Shown here: positions 9,754-19,818 of the stretch, in pieces
Position numbering within the stretch: the stretch's first letter is position 1
How the letters are laid out: each line of letters starts with the position of its first letter
Sequence record: SRR2962707_3453
Strand: one strand, 5' to 3'
DNA length: 43,227 nt
The notes under the pieces: generated by a model
What the model was told of the DNA's origin: nothing
What the model saw: the letters and a program-made list of their open reading frames with translations, nothing else
Databases searched by the model: none
Position numbers and translations under genes: made by a program

Positions 9754-10403
9754 AGCTTTGGTTTTCCAAAGCGCGTGTCTGTTGGTATGCGGGAATAGCT
9801 GGATTTACGCTTTTGCCTTAGGGCTACAAAGTTCTGAGATGGGCCGTTGTGTCCTCTAAGGCACGTGCTAGGCTAAAATTTGTGAGTTTTGGTTTGCCCA
9901 GTGATATCAAATTCTTGACTCGACCCGGGTGAAATTTCGTTGTCTTCAGAGGGGGGAGGCCGAATGCTCTTTCCTCATCGTGTCGCATTTGCAAACCAGT
10001 TGTCGGGGGGCTGATTTTCTTTGGGCGGCGCGGAGTGGGGCAAAGCGATTTCGCTAAATCAAGACCTTGAAACAAGGCTCCGATGTATTGTCAATTCTGT
10101 CATCCGTTTGGCCGTGCATCGGGGTTTGTTTCCAATTTCGCGCCATTTAGGGAAAAATTGATGAACTGTTTCAAGTTTGGGAAATGGTGTTCAGCGATGA
10201 AATCACCTATGACGGGTGAAATTGACTAATAGAATTTAGACTTTCCCCTTTTGGTTGTGTAATTCATGCCATTTCTAGTTTTTATAGAATTATCATTAAC
10301 TTAACTTAACGGTAGGTAGAGCCTTTCGCGCACTCTCAGAGAATTGTCATAAAGCCGGTCGGCAATGGGACCTTTGGGGACAAAATAGGGAAAGGTACAA
10401 ACG

Positions 10404-10661
10404 ATGACAAAACTAACAAAGAATGCCGTTCTTTCGGGATCGATTTTAGGTCTTGCACTGACGATGGGCGTCACAGCCGTCGACGCAAAGCCAGGGAACT
10501 CTCAAGCTTCTGAGCATATGTCTCAGACGGCAAAAGACAAACTTCAGAGCCTACACTTCCCTGGAAACACAAAGGCCGTTGTTGCGTCGAAAGACGACGA
10601 CACCAAGGATGATCCTGCGAAGCCGCCTAAAGATGAGTGCCCCGTAGACACCAAGTGCTAA
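10404..10661 (+). CDS. Small secreted protein / putative modified-peptide precursor (85 aa)
   Basis: RBS GGGAAAGG upstream; basic N-region, hydrophobic core and VDA|K cleavage site (Sec signal, aa 1-28); mature part has KPGNSQA and FPGNTKA repeats, an acidic Lys/Asp/Pro tail and terminal C-x5-C. Confidence 0.75.
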   Translation: MTKLTKNAVLSGSILGLALTMGVTAVDAKPGNSQASEHMSQTAKDKLQSLHFPGNTKAVVASKDDDTKDDPAKPPKDECPVDTKC

Positions 10662-10708
10662 TCTAGGTCTTGGTTGTAATTTTGCATTCGTGGGGGCTTT
10701 TGTAGCTT

Positions 10709-12094
10709 TTGATGAATCCGAAAATCTGGCAAGTGCCAACCGAACTGGACGCCAAGATGTTTGGCCAGATTGGGGACATGTTGAGCCGCGCTGAATATGG
10801 CGCGGTTCCTGACAAAACGCCCAGCGAACAAGCTGAGGTTGGCTCAGCTCGTAACCTTTTCCAAACTTTGTTCAATGACAGTAAGGCAGTTGTTTTACCC
10901 GACGCTGTTGCCCATTTTGGGCCGGTGGGCGTTGACCTATTGCAAAAAAGTGCTCTTGTAGAAAATAGGAACGGGCAGTTGTTCCCTCTGGCCCGAATTG
11001 CAGGGTGGAACGACATGTTTGTTATCGGTGATCTACGGGACGCTGATCTGGCAAGTGAAGATGCGGTGTTCGCAGTCAGTGGCACCACCAACATTCTTGA
11101 AAAACTGTGCTTGGAACGGTCGGTCGGCCGCGCCTTGGATCTTGGTTGTGGCTCTGGCGCTCTTTCCTTGCGATTGGCGTCTCAGGCTGAGCAAGTCATC
11201 GCAACAGATATCAATTTACGGGCCATCGCGATTTCTCGTGCAAATGCTGCGTTGAATCGGCGCGACAACGTATCTGTCAAAAGGGGGTCTTTGTATGATC
11301 CGTTAGGCGGCGGCAATGTCGATTTGATCTTGGGCAACTTGCCATTTGTGATGTCGCCAGATCAACGTTTTCTATACCGCGATGGCGATCGACCTTCGAG
11401 CCAGCTCTTAACCGAAGCGATCACCGGCGCAGGGCAACACCTTTCGCCCGGCGGCGTGGCGCAGTTTACCTGTAACTGGCCGGTTCAAAACGCGGACCCT
11501 CTGGCGTGGCTGCGAAATCTGGCCGGGCAGACGGGCATTGATATGCTGGTCATTGAGTACCGTCGTCGGACACCGCTGGACCATACCCGCAATTGGAACC
11601 ACCCCGAAAAAGCGCATGGCCCTGACGAGCAACAAGACATTGAAAGACGTTGGGGCGATTGGTTTGCTGCCCAGAACATCGATCATATTGCCTTTGGTGT
11701 GGTGGTTTTGCGAAAACCAGAATCAGAGCGGCTCGGGCGGTTTTGTCATTTTACGGCGGACCGAATGACGGAAAGTGGCGGCGGCAAACAGGTTAATCGT
11801 ATGCTGCAAGCGATGGAGACACCGTTGACCTCGGGATGTATCCTCGCCCACGCACCCCATTCAATTTACCAAAAGCTGGTTAATGATGGGCAAGGGTATC
11901 AGATGATGTCGGCAGAGTGCGCCCTGAAAGAAAGTGCCGGACTTGATTTAACTGTGCCGCCGGAGGCCTTGCCAGTGATGTTCGCTTTGGATGGCAACAC
12001 ACCGTTGAGTGATATCGCTGGGCCAGAAGACCTGGGTTTCGAGGTTCTGCAAAACGGGTATCAGCGCGGTTTTTTCAATCTCAAGGGAACTTAA
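10709..12094 (+). CDS. Class I SAM-dependent methyltransferase, HemK/PrmC-MTS-like, with C-terminal PqqD/RRE-like winged helix
   Basis: Motif I ALDLGCGSG, ATDIN, GSLYDP, motif IV GNLPF (NPPF/Y variant), YRDG, L.PGG.AQ; C-terminus LTVPPEALPVMFALDGNTPLSDI...LQNGYQRGFF. Start TTG 10709 or ATG 10712. Confidence 0.85.
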   Translation: MMNPKIWQVPTELDAKMFGQIGDMLSRAEYGAVPDKTPSEQAEVGSARNLFQTLFNDSKAVVLPDAVAHFGPVGVDLLQKSALVENRNGQLFPLARIAGWNDMFVIGDLRDADLASEDAVFAVSGTTNILEKLCLERSVGRALDLGCGSGALSLRLASQAEQVIATDINLRAIAISRANAALNRRDNVSVKRGSLYDPLGGGNVDLILGNLPFVMSPDQRFLYRDGDRPSSQLLTEAITGAGQHLSPGGVAQFTCNWPVQNADPLAWLRNLAGQTGIDMLVIEYRRRTPLDHTRNWNHPEKAHGPDEQQDIERRWGDWFAAQNIDHIAFGVVVLRKPESERLGRFCHFTADRMTESGGGKQVNRMLQAMETPLTSGCILAHAPHSIYQKLVNDGQGYQMMSAECALKESAGLDLTVPPEALPVMFALDGNTPLSDIAGPEDLGFEVLQNGYQRGFFNLKGT

Positions 12095-12174
12095 GGCACG
12101 TCGAAGTGTCGATACCGTAAGGGATCTACCTGGCGACGGCCCTATCCTTGCTGAGCCACGCCGGAGGCGAGCGT

Positions 12175-14133
12175 CTATTCCGCTTCCAACTGTAGCGCAT
12201 ACATGGGGCCACCGCGCCATCGCGGGAAGCTGTAGCCATTGACCATCACCACATCGATATCGGCGGCGTTTTGGGCGATGCCTTCGTCTAATATCTGTGT
12301 GCCTTCCGCCTGCATCGCAGACAGTAAGCGTTCCATTATCGTCTTGGCGTCGATCGGATGTCGCGTGATGCCAGACTCCTTTGAAGACGCCAAAATGATC
12401 GCTTCGACCTCTGGGCAGGGCGTGCCAAACTTGTCGTGGTAGCGATACCATCCTTTGCCCGTTTTTCGACCAAAGCGACCCGCCTCACAAAGCGTGTCGG
12501 CAATGCCGACATAGCGCTGAGCCGGATCACGTGACGCCGCCTGACGTTTGCGCATGGCCCAGGCGATATCCAAACCAGCAAGATCCTGCATTTGGTAGAT
12601 GCCCATCGGAAAGCCAAAGTCTCGCATCGCAGCATCAACGTCCCAGGGCAACGCGCCGTCTTCTATCATATAGTCCGCTTCACGTCGATAGGCCGACATG
12701 ATCCGGTTGCCAATAAAGCCATCGCACACACCCGCCAGAACGGTGATCTTGCGTAGCTTGCGGCCAAGCGCCAATCCGGTTGCGATCACATCCGGGGCGG
12801 CGTCGTCGGGCACCACCAATTCCAGCAGTTTCATGATATGCGCTGGCGAAAAGAAGTGCAGTCCGATGACCCGACTTGGGGTCTGTGTCGATTGCGCGAT
12901 CTGCGTTACATTCAGGTAGGAGGTATTGGTGGCAAGCACCGCGTCCGGGCGGGTCACGCGATCCAGTTCTGCAAATACCTGTTTTTTGACGTCCATATCC
13001 TCAAAAACCGCTTCGATGACAAGGTCGGCGTGGGACAAGGCGGTATAATCTGTGCTTCCCGAAAAGGCTTGGACTAGGTCGTTATGTCGGGTTTCGGAAA
13101 TAAGGCCGCGCTTAAGGCTGCCGTTCAAAATGTCCAGCACTCGAGAGGTGCCAAGCGCAATTGCGGCCTCGTCACGTTCGATCATTGTGACGGTCAAGCC
13201 GGACAACAAGCAGGCGGCTGCGATCCCAGCGCCCATTGTGCCGCCGCCAATCACACCAATCTGCGTACAGGCGCGGGACGGCACCTCTCTTAGCGCCGGT
13301 AATCGCCCGGCAGCGCGCTCTGCGAAAAAGATGTGGCGCAACGCTTTTGATTGAGGGTCGTCTTTTAGCGCAAGAAATGTGGCGCGCTCCGTCACCAGAG
13401 CCGTCTCCGCATCGCTACTGAGAGAGGTCTCGATTGCTTCACAAGCCGCAACGGGGGAATACTGGCCACGGGCCTTTTTCTGAACTGTCGCGATCTTCAG
13501 ATCAAACGCGGCTATATCGGTTGGTTGCTGGGGCGCACGTTGTGTCAAAGCAGTCGGCAAAGGCTGCTCAATGATGTCATTGGCAAATGCGGTGGCTGCC
13601 GTGCGCAAGTCTTGGTTTGCTACACGATCGATTAGCCCGGTTTTCAGGGCCTGCGCCGCAGAAACAGGTTTGCCGCTCGTCACCATGTCAAGCGCCGCTT
13701 CCGCAGAAATCAGCCGGGGCAGACGTACTGTCCCGCCAGCACCGGGGATCAGACCAAGAGCCACTTCCGGCAAACCGAGTTTTGCAGCGTCGTCGGCAAT
13801 GCGGTAGTGACAGCCCAAGGCGATCTCAAGACCGCCGCCCAAGGCTGAACCATGAATGGCGGCAATCCAGGGTTTCGTGGCGGTTTCAATGGCGGCAATA
13901 ACGTCTGGCAAATGCGGGGTGACGGGAGGTTTGCCAAATTCCCGGACATCGGCCCCGGCAATAAATGTCCGGCCGGCACATATAAGAACAACGGCCTTAA
14001 CCTGAGGGTCCGCCTCCGTCTCAGCAAGGGCGGCCATCAAACCAGCGCGCACTGTCTGTCCGATCGCGTTGACGGGAGGATTGTCTATTGTCGCGAAAGC
14101 AATGGATTTCTCGATAAGCACCGAAACGGACAT
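12175..14133 (-). CDS. Bifunctional enoyl-CoA hydratase / 3-hydroxyacyl-CoA dehydrogenase (FadB/FadJ/PimF-like)
   Basis: Crotonase motifs FIAGAD, ALGGGLE, GLPEV; Rossmann IGGGTMGAGIA, EAVFED, ATNTS, GLHFFSPA. Confidence 0.93.
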   Translation of the reverse strand: MSVSVLIEKSIAFATIDNPPVNAIGQTVRAGLMAALAETEADPQVKAVVLICAGRTFIAGADVREFGKPPVTPHLPDVIAAIETATKPWIAAIHGSALGGGLEIALGCHYRIADDAAKLGLPEVALGLIPGAGGTVRLPRLISAEAALDMVTSGKPVSAAQALKTGLIDRVANQDLRTAATAFANDIIEQPLPTALTQRAPQQPTDIAAFDLKIATVQKKARGQYSPVAACEAIETSLSSDAETALVTERATFLALKDDPQSKALRHIFFAERAAGRLPALREVPSRACTQIGVIGGGTMGAGIAAACLLSGLTVTMIERDEAAIALGTSRVLDILNGSLKRGLISETRHNDLVQAFSGSTDYTALSHADLVIEAVFEDMDVKKQVFAELDRVTRPDAVLATNTSYLNVTQIAQSTQTPSRVIGLHFFSPAHIMKLLELVVPDDAAPDVIATGLALGRKLRKITVLAGVCDGFIGNRIMSAYRREADYMIEDGALPWDVDAAMRDFGFPMGIYQMQDLAGLDIAWAMRKRQAASRDPAQRYVGIADTLCEAGRFGRKTGKGWYRYHDKFGTPCPEVEAIILASSKESGITRHPIDAKTIMERLLSAMQAEGTQILDEGIAQNAADIDVVMVNGYSFPRWRGGPMYALQLEAE

Positions 14134-14272
14134 GTTACTATTTCTCTCAATCTGTTGGTCGATGAACTGACTTTAAGTCCACGCCCTAAAGCCAATGATC
14201 AAGTTCACGTGACGAGCAGGGGTAAGATCATTGAAAAGGGTGCTGACCATTTTTTAGGCAGGGTAAAAGTTA

Positions 14273-14315
14273 CTTTAAGCCTAAAGCTTCTTATTTAAAA
14301 TTTCAAGCTTGAAAT
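14273..14315. promoter_or_regulatory. Two palindromic operators in the divergent promoter of the aryl-CoA cluster (probable MarR sites)
   Basis: Perfect 16-bp palindrome ATTTCAAGCTTGAAAT at 14300-14315 and related imperfect palindrome CTTTAAGCCTAAAG at 14273-14286, in an AT-rich patch. Confidence 0.6.
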
Positions 14316-14367
14316 AAACTTGAGCCGGGATAGGATCAATTTAGAATCAACGACGGAGATGACGAAA

Positions 14368-16665
14368 ATGCGGATTGCTTGCCTCGGTGGTGGACCTGCG
14401 GGTCTTTATTTTGCGATCTCCATGAAGTTGCGGGATCCCGACTGTGAAGTCGTTGTTTTCGAACGAAACAAAGCGGATGACACCTTTGGGTGGGGCGTGG
14501 TCCTTTCGGATGAAACTCTGGACAATCTCTATAAGAATGACCCCAAAAGCGCCGACGCGATCCGAGAGCATTTCGCCTATTGGGATGACATCGCCTTGCA
14601 TTTCAAGGGGGAGCGCATGGTGTCATCAGGCCATGGGTTCTGCGGGATTGGCCGTAAGATGCTGTTGCTTTTGCTGCAGGATCGGGCGCGTGAGCTGGGT
14701 GTGGATCTGCGCTACGAAACTGTGGTGGAAAGTGCCGAGGCCTACCGCTCAGAGTACGACATTGTCGTCGGCAGCGATGGTTTGAATTCGCATACGCGTA
14801 CCCTTTACCAAGACACGTTCAAGCCGAATATCGACAACAGATTGTGCCAGTTTGTTTGGCTTGGAACGCATCAAACCTTTAAAGACGCCTTTACCTTTAT
14901 TTTCGAAGAAACCAAGCATGGTTGGGTCTGGGTGCACGCTTACCAATTCGATGAAAACACCGCGACATTCATTGTGGAATGTACGCAAGAGACGTTCGAC
15001 GCCTGGGGCTTTGGCGACATGTCTCAGCAAGAAAGCATCGCGGTCTGCGAAGAGATCTTCAAGGATCACCTTGGTGGCCATGCGTTGATGACAAATGCGA
15101 ACCATATTCGAGGATCCGCCTGGATACGGTTTCCACGGGTTCTGTGCGAAAAATGGAGTCATGAAAACGTTGTGTTGCTGGGCGACGCGGCCGCAACTGC
15201 GCATTTCTCAATCGGGTCTGGCAGTAAGCTGGCGCTTGAAAGTGCTGTGGCCTTGGCTGATCTGGTCTGTGAAAAACCGACCTTGGAAGAAGCTTTTGCC
15301 GAATATGAAGATGCGCGGCGCCTGGAAGTCCTGCGGCTTCAATCTGCGGCGCGGAACTCTTTGGAGTGGTTTGAACAGGTCGAACGCTACATTGATCTGG
15401 ACCCGGTTCAGTTGAACTATTCCATGCTGACACGCAGCCAGCGTATCAGCCACGAAAACCTGCGGGAACGGGATTCTGAATGGCTTGGATCGGCAGAGCG
15501 GTGGTTCATGGATCAGGCGGGCCTGCCCGCAGAAGCCCCATTACGCGCCCCGATGTTTACCCCCTTCAAGCTCCGTGACTTGGCTTTGAAAAACCGGATC
15601 GTGGTGTCGCCGATGGCGCAGTATAAGGCCAAGGATGGAACGCCGGGCGACTGGCATTTGATCCACTACAGCGAACGTGCCAAGGGCGGTGCGGGTCTGG
15701 TCTTTACAGAAATGACCTGTGTAAGTGCGGAAGGGCGGATCACACCGGGATGCCCGGGGCTTTATGCGCCAGAGCACGAAGCGGGCTGGGCAAAGCTGAC
15801 CAATTTTGTTCATGCTGAGACCGATGCCAAAATCTGCTGTCAGATTGGCCATTCCGGTCGGAAAGGCTCGACCAACATCGGTTGGGAAGGCATGGATGCG
15901 CCGCTGGCTTCGGGGAACTGGGACATCGTGTCGGCGTCTGCGATCCCCTGGACCAAGGACAACGCGACACCGCGTGAAATCACGTTGCCCGAAATGGCCC
16001 AGATCAAGGCTGAATTTGTCGCGTCTGCTCAGATGGCCGACCGCGCTGGCTTTGACATGATCGAGCTGCACGCCGCCCACGGATATTTACTGTCTTCGTT
16101 CATTTCGCCTACCTCTAACGTTCGCGCTGACGCTTACGGCGGTAGTTTGGAAAACCGGATGCGCTGGCCGCTTGAGGTTTTCACCGCCATGCGCGCTGTC
16201 TGGCCTGCGGATAAGCCGATGTCGGTGCGCATCTCTGCCAATGATTGGGTCGGTGATGCGGGGGTGACACCCGATGAAGCGGTACAGATCGCGGCTATGT
16301 TTGCCGAGGCGGGGGCGGATTTGATTGACGTGTCTGCCGGTCAGACAACTTCTGATGCCAAACCCGTTTATGGCCGGATGTTCCAAACGCCTTTCTCTGA
16401 TCTTATCCGCAACGACGCGAAACTGCCGACCATGGCTGTGGGTAATATCTACGAAGCGGATCATGCCAACTCTATTCTGATGGCGGGGCGCGCCGATCTG
16501 GTTGCGGTAGGTCGCCCACATTTGGCCGATCCGTATTGGACATTGCACGAGGCCGCGAAGATTGGGGACCGCGCTGCAACAGATTGGGCCAAACCCTATG
16601 AAGCCGGGCGTGATCAGCTATGGCGGCTTGCGGATCGCGAAGCAGAGATGGCGGGCAAGGTATGA
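14368..16665 (+). CDS. abmA: Bifunctional 2-aminobenzoyl-CoA monooxygenase/reductase (salicylyl-CoA 5-hydroxylase/oxidoreductase family)
   Basis: N-terminal FAD monooxygenase ([37 protein letters not shown]) fused to an Old Yellow Enzyme domain ([34 protein letters not shown]). Start placed at ATG 14368 behind GGAG. Confidence 0.9.
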   Translation: MRIACLGGGPAGLYFAISMKLRDPDCEVVVFERNKADDTFGWGVVLSDETLDNLYKNDPKSADAIREHFAYWDDIALHFKGERMVSSGHGFCGIGRKMLLLLLQDRARELGVDLRYETVVESAEAYRSEYDIVVGSDGLNSHTRTLYQDTFKPNIDNRLCQFVWLGTHQTFKDAFTFIFEETKHGWVWVHAYQFDENTATFIVECTQETFDAWGFGDMSQQESIAVCEEIFKDHLGGHALMTNANHIRGSAWIRFPRVLCEKWSHENVVLLGDAAATAHFSIGSGSKLALESAVALADLVCEKPTLEEAFAEYEDARRLEVLRLQSAARNSLEWFEQVERYIDLDPVQLNYSMLTRSQRISHENLRERDSEWLGSAERWFMDQAGLPAEAPLRAPMFTPFKLRDLALKNRIVVSPMAQYKAKDGTPGDWHLIHYSERAKGGAGLVFTEMTCVSAEGRITPGCPGLYAPEHEAGWAKLTNFVHAETDAKICCQIGHSGRKGSTNIGWEGMDAPLASGNWDIVSASAIPWTKDNATPREITLPEMAQIKAEFVASAQMADRAGFDMIELHAAHGYLLSSFISPTSNVRADAYGGSLENRMRWPLEVFTAMRAVWPADKPMSVRISANDWVGDAGVTPDEAVQIAAMFAEAGADLIDVSAGQTTSDAKPVYGRMFQTPFSDLIRNDAKLPTMAVGNIYEADHANSILMAGRADLVAVGRPHLADPYWTLHEAAKIGDRAATDWAKPYEAGRDQLWRLADREAEMAGKV

Positions 16666-17405
16666 GCCTTGCTGACCAACATGTTGTTGTGACCGGTGGT
16701 GGCACCGGAGTTGGGGCTGAAACCGCTCGTCAATTTGCTGAAGCGGGTGCGCGGGTCACGATCATGGGGCGTACTGAGGCTAGCCTGCAAACCCAGGGCT
16801 TGCCGTATCAGGTCTGTGATGTGACCGACCCAGACGCGGTTAACACGGCGTTTGACGCGGCGCGCGCCGCATTCGGGCCAGTGACCGTCATGGTGGCCAA
16901 TGCAGGGGCCGCGCAAAGCGTGCCTTTCGCCAAGCTGACCCCGAAGGCGCTGAACGATATGTTATCTGTTAACTTGGCAGGGGTGGTGAATTGCTGGCAG
17001 GCGGCGTTGCCAGATATGAAATCTGCCGGATGGGGCCGAATGATCGCGGTTGCCTCGACCGCCGGGTTGCGCGGTTACCCTTACACGACGGCCTATTGTG
17101 CCGCGAAACATGGCGTCGTCGGATTGACGCGGTCATTGGCTCGAGAATTGGCGCGCACGGGCATAACAGTGAACGCAATTTGCCCCGGCTTTATCGAAAC
17201 GCCACTCTTGGAACGCTCGATTGACAATATCATCCAAAAGACCGGGATGAACGCCGAAGAGGCTGCGAAAATCCTGAAGGCCGACAATCCTCAGGGCCGG
17301 TTCATTCAAACCGATGAAGTGGCAGGAGCGGCTGTTTGGCTGTGTTCAGAAGCAGCCCGGTCTGTGAATGGTCATGCGCTTAACCTATCGGGAGGAGAGA
17401 TATGA
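16662..17405 (+). CDS. SDR family NAD(P)-dependent oxidoreductase (3-hydroxyacyl-CoA dehydrogenase-like)
   Basis: [11 protein letters not shown], catalytic [16 protein letters not shown] 16662 overlaps upstream stop (ATGA). Confidence 0.92.
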   Translation: MSLADQHVVVTGGGTGVGAETARQFAEAGARVTIMGRTEASLQTQGLPYQVCDVTDPDAVNTAFDAARAAFGPVTVMVANAGAAQSVPFAKLTPKALNDMLSVNLAGVVNCWQAALPDMKSAGWGRMIAVASTAGLRGYPYTTAYCAAKHGVVGLTRSLARELARTGITVNAICPGFIETPLLERSIDNIIQKTGMNAEEAAKILKADNPQGRFIQTDEVAGAAVWLCSEAARSVNGHALNLSGGEI

Positions 17406-17869
17406 GAGCTCAACGTTCAGCAGAATCTGAACCTTTGTCAAAAACGCGTCTGCGTTTGTGGCTCAAGATGCTCAAAACCAGCAGTCGTATCGAAGGTGAA
17501 CTGCGCCATCGCTTGCGCGAAGAGTTCGCCACAACGTTACCTCGCTTTGATGTCATGGCGGCGTTGTCACGGTTTCCTGACGGTTTGAAGATGAGCGAAC
17601 TGTCAGAGCTTTTGCGGGTCTCCAATGGCAACGTCACGGGTATCCTCGACCGCTTGACGCAGGATGGGCATGCGCTTCGTGTGGCTGTTCCGGGCGACCG
17701 GCGCGCTCAATTGGCCCGCTTAACACCTGCCGGGCAAGCGGTTTTTGCGGAACTGGCAGCGGCGCACGAAGCCTGGCTGGACGAAATGCTCCAAGGGCTT
17801 GATGCCGAGGATGCGGCGGTTCTGCATGACCTGCTCAACAAAACAGAAGGAGATCACGATGCGCAGTGA
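17402..17869 (+). CDS. MarR-family transcriptional regulator
   Basis: [37 protein letters not shown] winged-helix motifs. Confidence 0.93.
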   Translation: MRAQRSAESEPLSKTRLRLWLKMLKTSSRIEGELRHRLREEFATTLPRFDVMAALSRFPDGLKMSELSELLRVSNGNVTGILDRLTQDGHALRVAVPGDRRAQLARLTPAGQAVFAELAAAHEAWLDEMLQGLDAEDAAVLHDLLNKTEGDHDAQ

Positions 17870-18659
17870 TGTGACCCATTTTGAGTGTCGGATTTCTGAC
17901 GGGATCGCCTATGTGAACCTTAACCGTCCGGATCGGAAAAACCCGCTGACGTTTGACAGCTACGCAGAGCTGCGGGATTGGTTCCGGGACCTGGTTTATG
18001 CCGATGACGTACACGCTGTTGTTTTCGGGTCGAACGGCGGCAATTTCAGTTCAGGTGGCGATGTGCACGACATCATTGGGCCACTGACTAAGATGTCGAT
18101 GAAAGAGCTTTTACAATTCACCCGGATGACCGGTGATTTGGTTAAGGCGATGATCCACTGCGGCAAGCCGATTATTGCGGCGATCGATGGAATTTGCGTT
18201 GGGGCAGGGGCGATAATCGCGATGGCCTCGGATCTGCGTATTGCCACGCCCTCGGCCAAGGTTGCCTTCCTGTTCAACCGTGTTGGTCTGGCGGGGTGCG
18301 ACATGGGCGCCTGCGCGATCCTTCCTCGGATCATTGGTCAGGGTCGGGCAGCAGAGCTGTTATATCTGGGCCGTTCGATGAGCGCCGAAGAGGGCGAACG
18401 CTGGGGCTTTTTCAACAATATTGTCCAGGCTGAAACGCTGGACAGCTCGGCGGCAGATTTGGCGAAACGCATTGTTGCAGGCCCGACGTTTGCCAATTCG
18501 ATCACCAAGACGATGTTGGCTCAGGAATGGTCGATGACAATTGATCAGGCGATTGAAGCCGAAGCTCAAGCTCAGGCAATCTGCATGCAGGGCAATGATT
18601 TCACCCGGGCCTACAATGCCTTTGTTGCCAAGGAAAAACCTGTGTTCGAGGGCAATTGA
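17859..18659 (+). CDS. Enoyl-CoA hydratase/isomerase family protein
   Basis: [23 protein letters not shown]; start moved to ATG 17859 behind GAAGGAG. Confidence 0.9.
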   Translation: MRSDVTHFECRISDGIAYVNLNRPDRKNPLTFDSYAELRDWFRDLVYADDVHAVVFGSNGGNFSSGGDVHDIIGPLTKMSMKELLQFTRMTGDLVKAMIHCGKPIIAAIDGICVGAGAIIAMASDLRIATPSAKVAFLFNRVGLAGCDMGACAILPRIIGQGRAAELLYLGRSMSAEEGERWGFFNNIVQAETLDSSAADLAKRIVAGPTFANSITKTMLAQEWSMTIDQAIEAEAQAQAICMQGNDFTRAYNAFVAKEKPVFEGN

Positions 18660-19816
18660 TGTCAGACCGATCTTTCCTCACGTGGCCGTTTTTTGATGAC
18701 AGGCATCGCGTTCTTGCAGATGAGCTGGACGCTTGGGCGCAAACCCATTTGGCGTCAGTGGATCACAGCGATACTGACGCCACCTGCCAAACTTTGGTGC
18801 GTATGTTGGGTGAGGGGGGATGGCTTGAACATTCGGCCTCGGAAGACGGCGTGCTGGATGTGCGTAGCTTGTGTCTGATCCGTGAAACATTGGCCCGTTA
18901 TGACGGTTTGGCGGATTTCGCCTTTGCAATGCAAGGTCTTGGTACAGGTGCGATCACCTTGTTCGGGACACCCGAGCAAAAAGCCGACTGGTTGCCCAAA
19001 ACCAAATGCGGCAAGGCGATTTCTGCCTTTGCCCTTACCGAACCGCAATCTGGTTCTGACGTTGCAAACTCAACCATGACCGCGACGCGCAAGGGCGACA
19101 GCTATATCTTGAACGGCGAAAAGACCTGGATCTCGAACGGCGGGATCGCAGATGTCTATACAGTGTTTGCCCGAACCGGAGAGGCCCCCGGTGCCAAAGG
19201 TCTTTCGGCCTTTATCGTTCCGGCAGAAACCCCGGGACTACTTATCAAAGAACGGCTTGAAACCATCGCGCCGCATCCGCTGGCAACGCTTGAATTCGAC
19301 GATTGCCAGATACCGGCGACGTCGATGCTGGGCGGTCCGGGTCAAGGGTTCAAAATCGCGATGTCGGTTTTGGATGTGTTTCGATCAACCGTTGCTGCGG
19401 CGGCACTTGGTTTCGCGCGCCGCGCTTTGGATGAAGCGCTGAGCCGAGTTTTGCAGCGTCAGGTTCAGGGGCAGGCGCTGGCGGAATTGCAGCTGGTTCA
19501 GGGACATATTGCCGACATGGCGCTGGATATCGATGCGGCCGCGCTTTTGATTTATCGCGCGGGCTGGACCAAGGACAGTGGGGCGCCGCGCATCACTCGC
19601 GAAGCCGCAATGGCCAAGCTTTTTGCGACAGAACAAGCGCAGGTCATCATTGACAAAGCGGTTCAACTTCATGGCGGAGACGGTGTGCGTTCGGGGGAAA
19701 CGGTGGAACGCCTTTACCGAGAAATAAGAGCATTGCGCATCTACGAGGGGGCGTCGGATGTGCAGAAAATTATCATCGCGCGTCAAGCATTGAGCGCACA
19801 TCAAAAAGGTATCTGA
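18659..19816 (+). CDS. Acyl-CoA dehydrogenase family protein
   Basis: [45 protein letters not shown] coupling with upstream gene. Confidence 0.93.
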   Translation: MSDRSFLTWPFFDDRHRVLADELDAWAQTHLASVDHSDTDATCQTLVRMLGEGGWLEHSASEDGVLDVRSLCLIRETLARYDGLADFAFAMQGLGTGAITLFGTPEQKADWLPKTKCGKAISAFALTEPQSGSDVANSTMTATRKGDSYILNGEKTWISNGGIADVYTVFARTGEAPGAKGLSAFIVPAETPGLLIKERLETIAPHPLATLEFDDCQIPATSMLGGPGQGFKIAMSVLDVFRSTVAAAALGFARRALDEALSRVLQRQVQGQALAELQLVQGHIADMALDIDAAALLIYRAGWTKDSGAPRITREAAMAKLFATEQAQVIIDKAVQLHGGDGVRSGETVERLYREIRALRIYEGASDVQKIIIARQALSAHQKGI

Positions 19817-19818
19817 GA

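Noticed and set aside
9824-10075. 83-aa minus-strand ORF in the gap before the peptide gene
   Set aside because: No RBS, signal or family motif; cannot be supported as coding.
12175-12260. Possible C-terminal truncation of the hydratase/dehydrogenase (ends shortly after FPRWRGGPM)
   Set aside because: All catalytic motifs are present and no frameshifted continuation is evident; a shorter C-terminus alone does not justify a pseudogene call.
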